Source of the DNA: Spirochaetia bacterium
GTDB taxonomy: Bacteria; Spirochaetota; Spirochaetia; WTKD01; G963693115
Assembly (NCBI GenBank): GCA_965226055.1
Contig: CBDDCA010000005.1
Coordinates: 256,001-320,000, forward strand
DNA: 64,000 bases
Reading direction: 5' to 3'
This document shows positions 21,613 to 31,023 of this stretch, in pieces (position 1 is the first letter of the stretch; the number at the start of each line of letters is the position of its first letter). The notes under the pieces were generated by a model, which searched no databases, was not told the origin of the DNA, and saw nothing but the letters and a program-made list of their open reading frames with translations. Position numbers and translations under genes: made by a program.

Positions 21613-21921
21613 TATATTTTTGTATGAATTACTATTAGGTTCTATTTTTTCTATTGGTGGCCATAGTATAATTAGTATAAGTAGTATTGTAGATACTATT
21701 ATAGATACTATAGATACTATTGGAGATGCTGCTATAATGATGATTGCAGAGGCTACTATAGATAATGCTATAGATAGTATTATACGCATAAAAAATTTCT
21801 TCTTTGAAAATATATATTCATCTTGCATATCTAGGTAGTCAATAATATCATAAGAGGTGTCATGAGGAACATTTTTTGTTTGTAATGTTGTTTTTGTATT
21901 TTGCTCTCTCCTCTTTTCCAT
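21607..21921 (-). CDS. Small 2-TM membrane protein
   Basis: Start reassigned to ATG 21921 (TG-T-TATTAT, 6 nt, ATG); Ile/Ser-rich hairpin with internal IVSIVSIIVS repeat. Confidence 0.55.
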   Translation of the reverse strand: MEKRREQNTKTTLQTKNVPHDTSYDIIDYLDMQDEYIFSKKKFFMRIILSIALSIVASAIIIIAASPIVSIVSIIVSTILLILIILWPPIEKIEPNSNSYKNIL

Positions 21922-21980
21922 ATTCTTATAATAACATATTTTATATTTTTTTTCTTTAGTCAATCCACGAGTTCAAGGAG

Positions 21981-22025
21981 TTCAAGGATTAAATGCGACA
22001 AAGGAGCAAAAAAAGAGCAAGAAAT
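21981..22025 (+). repeat. Imperfect 45-bp direct repeat, copy A (copy B at 22846-22890)
   Basis: ttcaaggattaaatgcgacaaaggagcaaaaaaagagcaagaaat vs ctcaagcattacatgtgacaaaggagaaaataaagagcaagaaag; 38/45 identical. Confidence 0.8.
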
Positions 22026-22037
22026 AAACATATAAAC

Positions 22038-22661
22038 TTACTTTATTGGTATACTTTCTATAGGAACAACCCTTTCATTAATTGGCACACCTCTCACTCG
22101 TTTCACCAAATACTCTTTAAGTCCATCAAAAAAGGTAGTATCAAAAATAGGCATTGTATCGGATGTATTTTTTGCCCTACCTTTATATTGTATAGAATCT
22201 CCTGTTACTTTTACATCCACCCTAATAGTATCACTTGCTTTCTCTGGATAATACATAAGTATTTCATACACATAAGCAGCACGCCTCTCTAAAAACTCAG
22301 GAACAAATGGATAATCAATATAATCTTTTGCTTTATACTCCCCTACTACAAAAAAAGTACGCATTGTTTTTAATACATTTCCTGTACTTTCAAACTCTGC
22401 TTTTATGAAAGAATCATTAATAGCTGAATTGGTAAGATACTCATGTATATATTGATATACTACCTCACTAGATACCCCTTCAATCTCAATATGGTTATAT
22501 ACAGTAGATTCTGTAAGCAATGGGCTAATATCCTTGTATACTTCTCGAAATATCAAAAATACAATAACTAGAGCAAATATAGAAAAAATAGGAAAAGCTA
22601 TCAAAAAGTAAACTATATGTACCATTTTTTCAAAAATTGGTGTTTTGCTTTTACTTTCCAT
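22038..22661 (-). CDS. Hypothetical membrane-anchored protein
   Basis: RBS AAGGAG, one N-terminal TM, alpha/beta extracytoplasmic domain. Confidence 0.75.
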   Translation of the reverse strand: MESKSKTPIFEKMVHIVYFLIAFPIFSIFALVIVFLIFREVYKDISPLLTESTVYNHIEIEGVSSEVVYQYIHEYLTNSAINDSFIKAEFESTGNVLKTMRTFFVVGEYKAKDYIDYPFVPEFLERRAAYVYEILMYYPEKASDTIRVDVKVTGDSIQYKGRAKNTSDTMPIFDTTFFDGLKEYLVKRVRGVPINERVVPIESIPIK

Positions 22662-22845
22662 AAAAATACTCCTTTTATTATTATCGGAAATTCAAATTAC
22701 TAACCAAATAGTACTGAAAAAATAAAAAAACCCATACATATATCCTAATAATAAGAAACACAAAAAAGGAGATTGTATGAGCTATATTCATATATCATAG
22801 CATGAACGCAAAGAAATAGCACACATACTTAAGTGCAAAAGCTAG

Positions 22846-22890
22846 CTCAAGCATTACATGTGACAAAGGAGAAAATAAAGAGCAAGAAAG
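22846..22890 (+). repeat. Imperfect 45-bp direct repeat, copy B; overlaps the adhesin terminator arm
   Basis: 38/45 identical to 21981-22025. Confidence 0.8.
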
Positions 22891-22908
22891 GAAAAGCTCC
22901 TTTCTTGC
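22882..22908 (-). terminator. Rho-independent terminator of large lipoprotein copy 1
   Basis: GCAAGAAAGGA-aaagc-TCCTTTCTTGC stem, followed by a T-rich tail on the minus strand. Confidence 0.8.
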
Positions 22909-22934
22909 CATAAGCTGTTTCTATAGGCACGCTA

Positions 22935-25900
22935 CTATGAGGGACATGAACCACCAACCCTTGGGTATTTGTGGCCATCTCCTTGCATAGCTGAACCTGT
23001 AAACATAGTACTACTGAGCTTACCTGAACGAAGGCTACATAAATTCCATGATGATAAATCTTGATCAAACTTCAAAGCATCCTCAAATACAGATTGAGCA
23101 ATAGAAACACTCGTCACGTTCCATTTTCCTATATCTTGATTAAAAGCACTTGCTCCACTAAACATAGAAGTCATATAAGTAAGATTGCTCACATCCCATT
23201 CTTTTATGTCTTGATTAAAAGCTTTTGCGTGAAAAAACATAAAGCCCATTTCAGTAACCGCACTCACATTCCAATCTCCTATGTCTTGATTAAAAGCATT
23301 TGTTAAAACAAACACATTAGACATATCAGTTACTTTGCCAACATCCCAATCTCCTATGTCTTGATTAAAAACACTTGCTTTCCTAAACATACTATCCATA
23401 CTCTCTACATTACTCATATTCCACCGTGTTATGTCTCCATTAAAAGTACTATCACTATCAAATAAACTTTCCATATCAGTAATAGCACTGGTATCTATCA
23501 TGTTGAGGTTGGGGCTAGGGTTGTTGTTTCCTCCTGAACCTTGCCTTGTCTTTTCTTCGCTGATAATAGTTTGTAGTGCTTTCTTTGTTGTTGGTCTGTA
23601 ATAGGCTTCTGCTTTTCCTGATGGTGCTGTTCTTATATCTGTCCGTATAACGATAGTGGCGGGTACTTTTTTCTTTGATGCAGTAAGGGTACACTGTGCT
23701 ACATCATAGCTATACTCAGTAATAGCTGTGTCTCGTATATTGGACTTATTTGCTATGCCTGTTATGGTAACTGTTTTGCTACTCTGATCAAATGATACTG
23801 CTAGCCCTGTCTCTTTTTTGATTTTCTCTGCATCTGCCTCTAGTATGTTTGCATCACAGGTAAAGGCAGAGTTACTAGTAAGTACTCTTGTAGTATTTGA
23901 TGCGAGTGCTGTGCCTACTGTTGCTGATACTATGCTAGTGTTTCCTATAGATATTCCTCTTGCTTCAAACTCGTGGCGTTCTCCTACTGATGCTTTTGTG
24001 TCATCGGTGCTGTTTACTGCTTGCACTACTATTTCGTAGGTCGTTCCGTTTGTCAAGTTTGTCAGGGTAGTGTTGGTTGTTCCTGCTGCTATGTTTTTTG
24101 TTGCTGTATTAGCATTTGCTTTTATCTGTGCTACACTTCGCGTTGTATCACCACTCTTGGCAATGCTGTATACTTTGTACGATACTTGTGCTGTTGTTAG
24201 GGTAGCTCCTTTGTTTGTTTTGTGGCTTGCACTGAGGCTAGGGGCTGTCCACGATACTCTCATGCCTGTTTGGGCTACTCTTGTTTGTATGCTTGATACT
24301 TCTGCGGGGGCTGTCGCTTGCGATGCGGTCGTTACGCTTGCCACTGACGATGCTACTTTCTTGCTTGTATCTGTTTTTACTGCTACTTCTACCACAAAGT
24401 AGTATTTTGTCGCTCCTTTTATTGCTACTACTGGTGCTGTGTCTGATGACAAGCCTAAACTGGCAAGGGCTGGTACTGTGTACACTCCGCTACTTGCACT
24501 GCCTAGGTTTACTTTTCTGCCTGCAAGTACTTCTGCTACTGTTGGAGTTGTAGCTTTCTGTAAGCCATATACTGTGTATACTAGCTGATTGCTTGCTGTT
24601 ATGTTTGTGCCATCGTAGTCTTTTGCTCCTGTAAATGTGCTTAGCTCGGTAAGTACCAGCTTTATTGTTCCTGCTGTGTTTGTTGACGGTGATACTACCA
24701 GCTTTCCTGTGAGTAATGACTGGCTGGGTGCTACTGCTCTGGAAGTATAGATTTCCTTTATTTCTGTTACATCGGTGTAAAAGCCTGCAGGAAAGAGCTT
24801 GTCGCTATTGGATGCATCGTAATTGGGTGATGTCGTGTTTACTATCCTTACTCCTATGTAGTAGTCTTTTGCTGTTTCTATGGGCGTTGCTCCTGCATTG
24901 CTTCCACTGGTACTGTCTACTATTGCTATGGATATTGTGTCTTGAGTTGTTCCTGTTGCTTTTGTGTATTTTGCTACTCTTGTACTGGTTTTCTCTGTTG
25001 CCCATAGTGCTGATACACTGGCAGGCTTTCCAGTGGTATCTTCTTTCTTGAGGTATAGCACATAGTAGGCAAGATCTGTCGCTTCAAGGGCATTGCCGTT
25101 TGCCTTGCTCACTCCTGCTATAGCTGAGGCATTTACTTGCACTGTTATTACTTTTTTCCCGCTGTTACTTCCTGTTGTAGGCACTGCAAATACTACTGCA
25201 TTACTGTTAGTGTAGGTCGTTACTTTTGGTGTGCTTGGGGGAGCAGTAAGGGTTGCTTTCTTTATTGTTGCTGATGTTCCTATGCTATACGATGGATTGA
25301 GGCTGTTTATTGCTTCTACTCCTGCGGTATAGTCTGCTCCTTTCGTTCCTATAAATCTTACTTGTAAGGTACTGTCTCCTGCTATATTCTGTGTTTGTAC
25401 TCCTGCAAGTCCTTTTATTGCCTCTAGTGTTTTTGTGCTGTGGTCTCCTTCTGCTATGTATACTTTGTACTGTATTTGTGCCTGTGTGAGTTTGCTTCCA
25501 CTGGGTGCTTTGTTAGTATCAGTAATGTCTCCTGCACTAAATGTATAGACTGCTGTTGCGGTTGTTTGGGTTACTGACTCTACAGAGAGCTTTGCATCTT
25601 TGGGAGCAGGCGGTGCTGTTGAGGTACTATCATATACTGCCACAGTATCAGCAAGAGTAGTTACAGGGCTTACTATGTTATTTGCTATTGTCAAAAAGGT
25701 AAAGCGATAATTCTTGGCATTTGCTTGTACCTTAGGTACTTCCAAGCCATCTGCTATCCCAAAAGTAATGACTGTTACACTTGCTGTTATGCTTTTTTCT
25801 GCTACCAGTGTAGCTCCATCGTACATACGCAAAGTGTAGTAGCTTCCTATGCCTGGAGCTTGCTTAAAGGTTGCTTTTATTTGTATTGCTCCCGTTGTGT

Positions 25901-27731
25901 CTAAGCTAGGCTTGCTTTGAAAGAGATCCTCTGAGGGAGCTGTGAGTGAGTTGGGGGTTGTTATGTCTTTTGTTGCTTGGCTACTTTTGTTTTCTGAGTA
26001 ATCAAGCGTGAGTATTGTTATAGTATATGTTTTGCCTTGCACAAGTTCTTCGACAGAGAGTGATGTTGTGGGATAGGGTATTTTCTTCTCGCTCAGTACT
26101 GTGGTGCTTGTGCCTTTTTCTGCTATGCTTATGCTGTATTCTTTTATGTCTTTGTTATTGGCTTTTGTTGTATCGGGTGCTGTCCATGTTATCTGTGTGC
26201 CTATCTTTGCTGCTGATACAAAGGGATAGCTTGCTTGTATGTTTGTTACTGCATCGGGGGCGGTGCTATCTGCTTCTGTGCTGACTGTGACTGTTGCTTC
26301 TGTTCCTTTGTTGCCTGCACTGTCCATTGATACGACTGCCACTGTATACTCGGTGGTTGCTTTGAGATCTGTTATCTGCGTGTTGCGTACTGTTCTCTCT
26401 GTTATTGTCACTGTCTTTGCCACGGTACTGCTGTCCTTTTCTGTTGCTGTTATAGTCACTCCTGCATAGTCTCGTACATCGGGGGCTTGCCAGCCTACTA
26501 CTATGCTTGTTGCTCCTCCTATGGCACTTACATTACTTACAGGTTCTGTGCTTTTGTCTGTTGTTGCTTGTTCTTTTGATACTGCAGTGGAGTACTTTCC
26601 GTTTTGAGAAACATATACTTCTACTTTGTACGTAAGCGTGCCATAGAGTTTTGTGAGTGCTATGCCATCTTTTGCTACATACACAGTTGCATATTCTTGG
26701 TTGTCTGCACTTGCTCCGCTGACATTGGTTGCACTTGTATCTTTATCTATTGTCTCTTCTGCTACTACTGTGTTTGTTGCGGTTGCTATCACTCGTACTT
26801 GGAGGCTTTTTTCTGTACTTCCTGTTCCAAAGTCAAAACTCCCCCACTTGATAAGCAGGCTTTCATCGGCTGGACTATTGCTTTTATCGTTTGCTGTTAC
26901 TGTAAGGTCTGATGCGGAAAGTGGCGTTACTGTTTGCGAGAGTGCTGATGGCACTATGCCTCTGAGTGCTTGCTTCGCTGTACTTTTGTTACCGTTGCTA
27001 TCTTTGTACACTACCACTATATCATAGCTAATGCCGTCTATAGTGGGGACAGCAATGCTTACCTCTCCTTGTGTTACATCTTGTACGGATACTTCTATCT
27101 TTACATTAGTAGTTCTTTCTATCACCTGTATTGTGGCTTCGGCTATGTCTGTCTTGCCTGACGAGAGCAGTGCTTTGTCCCATGTTATCTTTATGCCATT
27201 TGTTGCTGATTCTACTGCTACCTGTGTAAAGGTGTCCTGCGGTGCAGTTTCATCGCTAAGTGTTGTCACAGAACGGGTTGTTTTTGGTGATACTTCTGTG
27301 TCTGAGCCTGAGTCTGATTTTTGGGCTTCTATCTCTACAGTATAATCGGTAGTAGCGTGCAAGCCTCTGAGGGTGTAGGGTCTGTTTTGTTGAAACAATG
27401 CACGATATTCTATTGCAGGAACACGCACCTGTATTGATTGGGCTGGTGTTGTTGATGTAGCTTTTACGACTACATGCGTGGCTTCGCTGGGAGCTTGCCA
27501 GCGTAACGAGAGTGTCCCATCATTGCCTGCTGCTTGTATCCGCACATTGGACACTGATGCGAGTGTCGGGGTTACTGAATTTCCCCCTCCGCCTGAAGAA
27601 CTGCTGCTACTCTCTGCACATCCTACGAGTACGAGGGTAGTTATTGCTAGCACTAAAAATAGTACTACAACTATAAATATGTTCAGCTTACCATTTAGCT
27701 GATAGTTTAGTTTTTTCATTACTTTTTTCAT
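22935..27731 (-). CDS. Large surface lipoprotein: Fn3-like stalk plus C-terminal DUF285/BspA-type LRR (copy 1)
   Basis: RBS AAGGAG; lipobox LVG-C38; Ser/Gly tether; repeated Fn3 motifs (W..P, L...T.Y.V.V...D..GN.S); 25-aa FNQDIGxWxVSxVTxMxxMF repeats; C-terminal Cys pair. Confidence 0.9.
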   Translation of the reverse strand: MKKVMKKLNYQLNGKLNIFIVVVLFLVLAITTLVLVGCAESSSSSSGGGGNSVTPTLASVSNVRIQAAGNDGTLSLRWQAPSEATHVVVKATSTTPAQSIQVRVPAIEYRALFQQNRPYTLRGLHATTDYTVEIEAQKSDSGSDTEVSPKTTRSVTTLSDETAPQDTFTQVAVESATNGIKITWDKALLSSGKTDIAEATIQVIERTTNVKIEVSVQDVTQGEVSIAVPTIDGISYDIVVVYKDSNGNKSTAKQALRGIVPSALSQTVTPLSASDLTVTANDKSNSPADESLLIKWGSFDFGTGSTEKSLQVRVIATATNTVVAEETIDKDTSATNVSGASADNQEYATVYVAKDGIALTKLYGTLTYKVEVYVSQNGKYSTAVSKEQATTDKSTEPVSNVSAIGGATSIVVGWQAPDVRDYAGVTITATEKDSSTVAKTVTITERTVRNTQITDLKATTEYTVAVVSMDSAGNKGTEATVTVSTEADSTAPDAVTNIQASYPFVSAAKIGTQITWTAPDTTKANNKDIKEYSISIAEKGTSTTVLSEKKIPYPTTSLSVEELVQGKTYTITILTLDYSENKSSQATKDITTPNSLTAPSEDLFQSKPSLDTTGAIQIKATFKQAPGIGSYYTLRMYDGATLVAEKSITASVTVITFGIADGLEVPKVQANAKNYRFTFLTIANNIVSPVTTLADTVAVYDSTSTAPPAPKDAKLSVESVTQTTATAVYTFSAGDITDTNKAPSGSKLTQAQIQYKVYIAEGDHSTKTLEAIKGLAGVQTQNIAGDSTLQVRFIGTKGADYTAGVEAINSLNPSYSIGTSATIKKATLTAPPSTPKVTTYTNSNAVVFAVPTTGSNSGKKVITVQVNASAIAGVSKANGNALEATDLAYYVLYLKKEDTTGKPASVSALWATEKTSTRVAKYTKATGTTQDTISIAIVDSTSGSNAGATPIETAKDYYIGVRIVNTTSPNYDASNSDKLFPAGFYTDVTEIKEIYTSRAVAPSQSLLTGKLVVSPSTNTAGTIKLVLTELSTFTGAKDYDGTNITASNQLVYTVYGLQKATTPTVAEVLAGRKVNLGSASSGVYTVPALASLGLSSDTAPVVAIKGATKYYFVVEVAVKTDTSKKVASSVASVTTASQATAPAEVSSIQTRVAQTGMRVSWTAPSLSASHKTNKGATLTTAQVSYKVYSIAKSGDTTRSVAQIKANANTATKNIAAGTTNTTLTNLTNGTTYEIVVQAVNSTDDTKASVGERHEFEARGISIGNTSIVSATVGTALASNTTRVLTSNSAFTCDANILEADAEKIKKETGLAVSFDQSSKTVTITGIANKSNIRDTAITEYSYDVAQCTLTASKKKVPATIVIRTDIRTAPSGKAEAYYRPTTKKALQTIISEEKTRQGSGGNNNPSPNLNMIDTSAITDMESLFDSDSTFNGDITRWNMSNVESMDSMFRKASVFNQDIGDWDVGKVTDMSNVFVLTNAFNQDIGDWNVSAVTEMGFMFFHAKAFNQDIKEWDVSNLTYMTSMFSGASAFNQDIGKWNVTSVSIAQSVFEDALKFDQDLSSWNLCSLRSGKLSSTMFTGSAMQGDGHKYPRVGGSCPS
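23047..23500 (-). repeat. 75-bp coding tandem repeats (DUF285-type LRR, 5 full units plus caps)
   Basis: Core (cc)tatgtcttgattaaaa recurs every 75 bp. Confidence 0.9.
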
Positions 27732-27826
27732 AATGTTCTCCTTGTTGGTATCTCTATTGTGTAATTATCATTACATCTAAGCATCATTATAGTACAAATA
27801 CTATTTTTTGTGTTATCTCTATAAAT

Positions 27827-27843
27827 AAAAAAAAAAAAAAAAA
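27827..27843. repeat. Homopolymer A17 (T17 on the lipoprotein strand) in a divergent promoter region
   Basis: 17 consecutive A, ~100 bp upstream of the 27731 start; minus-strand TATAAT at 27791-27786. Confidence 0.9.
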
Positions 27844-27914
27844 TGGGATGTAAATACAAAAAAATATACATACACTATAGTAATATATACTAATAATGCT
27901 ACAATAGAGATACT

Positions 27915-28703
27915 ATGTTATCAAGACAACTTACATTACATATTGGCATTGCTTCTATACTTTTCTTGTTTTCTCCTAGCATATACGCTACAAACTCTAT
28001 AGAATATGAAACTCTATTGTATGGTTCTCCCAATATTGAATTGAGCGAATTTATACTCGTGCTTAACAATAATTTAGAACTTTCTCTCTTAAAAATAGAA
28101 CAAGCCATGCAACAAGTTTTAGAAAGTACAGAATCAAAGCTCATAAAAGATATACGAAAGACACACCTATATTTTCTTACTGCTTTCTCATATACATATC
28201 ATGAGCCGTCAGCAAAACAGAAAAAATCTAAAAGTGAACTTGCTTTTACCGCTATAGATACCACCATTACTTTAGGAGAAAATATTATAGCACAGCTCCC
28301 CACCTATTCGGATATGTATAGAATTGTCTCTACTTGTATGATGCTAAGTGCAAAACACGGACTCATGGGCATTTCTAAATTTTTACTCTATCAGCAAAAA
28401 GCTATAGAATATATACAAAAAGCCATAGAATTAAATCCCAATAACCCAATGGCTCGTGTTACCCTCAGCAACTTTGATACACTTGGAAATTTTATCGTAG
28501 GAGCAAACAAAAAAAGAGGACAAACACTCATTTTTGTTCCTATACAAGAGTCGTGGCCAAAAGTATTTACCTTTGAATTTCTTAATTCTCAGGCAATCGT
28601 ATATAAGAAAACAAAAAATACAAGTAAGTATCAAGAGACAATCCAAGTAATGAAAACACTGTACCTAAAATCATACCGATATACTCAGTTAGAAAATTAC
28701 TAG
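27915..28703 (+). CDS. Secreted alpha-helical (TPR-like) hypothetical protein
   Basis: Signal peptide (SPSIYA|T); KAIEYIQKAIELNPNNPMA TPR-like motif. Confidence 0.7.
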   Translation: MLSRQLTLHIGIASILFLFSPSIYATNSIEYETLLYGSPNIELSEFILVLNNNLELSLLKIEQAMQQVLESTESKLIKDIRKTHLYFLTAFSYTYHEPSAKQKKSKSELAFTAIDTTITLGENIIAQLPTYSDMYRIVSTCMMLSAKHGLMGISKFLLYQQKAIEYIQKAIELNPNNPMARVTLSNFDTLGNFIVGANKKRGQTLIFVPIQESWPKVFTFEFLNSQAIVYKKTKNTSKYQETIQVMKTLYLKSYRYTQLENY

Positions 28704-28767
28704 GCAGAACAGTACTAATACATTTGCCTATACAATATCAATACAAATATTAGGATAAGAATATCAA

Positions 28768-28795
28768 AATAAGATACGAGACAGGAAGTAAAATT
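28768..28795 (-). other. 3' arm of the pre-16S processing stem
   Basis: aataagatacgagacaggaagtaaaatt is a near-perfect reverse complement of 30610-30636. Confidence 0.75.
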
Positions 28796-28948
28796 AAACG
28801 TCAGTAGTTTTTTCTGACTGTATAACAGTCAAGTTGTCATTACTATAAAAATAGTAATGTAAGCTAGTACTATAATCTTTCTGTTCTTAAAAAAGTAATC
28901 TTTAAAAAGATACATTTAAAATCAGTACTGCTTTGCCTTTCTCTCTGA

Positions 28949-30498
<1,550 letters not shown>

Positions 30499-30609
30499 AA
30501 TATAACTCTGCCGAAGCAGAGTCTAATAAACATTGAAAATTAGATCTTGACGTTTTGGGAATTACTACTTACTCTTCAAATAATTGACAAGTTTCCATGT
30601 AGTAACTAC

Positions 30610-30636
30610 AATTTTACTTCCATCTCTTATCTTATT
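30610..30636 (-). other. 5' arm of the pre-16S processing stem
   Basis: aattttacttccatctcttatcttatt pairs with 28768-28795. Confidence 0.75.
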
Positions 30637-30667
30637 AAGAAACACAGTTGATAACTATGTAATAATT

Positions 30668-30697
30668 ATTCTACCAGAAATATAGAAAACATGTCAA
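30668..30697 (-). promoter_or_regulatory. 16S rRNA promoter
   Basis: TTGACA (30697-92), 18 nt, TG-G-TAGAAT extended -10 (30673-68). Confidence 0.75.
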
Positions 30698-31023
30698 TAG
30701 CTTTTTACACTTAATTTAAAATTTAAGAAAATAACTGCAAAAAATGTAAATTGCTTCACTATAATAATCATATATCATCTACACATAGCCATAAAAATAG
30801 GTAATTTTGTAATCTCACTGTTTTATATACAGAGGATATATCATAAAAAAATCATACTATATATATCATTATTCATATCTGTAAAAGGCTATTATCCAAA
30901 AAATATACATAATAGTCAAATAATATGTATTTTCTTATCTATTTTATTATAAATTTTTATTTAATAAGGCGTAAAAAATTGAAATATTTTCTGTTATTTA
31001 GTATAATAGATAAAGAGGTGCCT

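Noticed and set aside
20460-22930. Integron or prophage explanation for the small-gene island
   Set aside because: No integrase, transposase or phage gene, no attC-like GTTRRRY inverted structure recognised, and mixed gene orientations.
23047-23500. Regularly spaced conserved cores with variable spacers, CRISPR-like (also 59680-60050)
   Set aside because: The period is exactly 75 bp, in frame inside a long CDS encoding 25-aa LRR units. The spacers are homologous to each other and no cas genes are present.
23061-27702. Many + strand ORFs inside the large lipoprotein (and inside 59695-63799)
   Set aside because: Antisense shadows caused by the Thr/Ala/Lys-rich codon bias; no RBS or domain evidence.
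28704-28948. tRNA or 23S start downstream of the 16S gene
   Set aside because: No cloverleaf or T-loop motif and no 23S 5' sequence; only short AT-rich hairpins and the processing-stem arm.
30925-31023. Longer N-terminus for GreA given by the ORF track
   Set aside because: The extension is AT-rich promoter-like sequence, and the RBS GAGGTG precedes ATG 31024. Overlap or RBS arguments similarly shorten murJ, lptG and nqrE.
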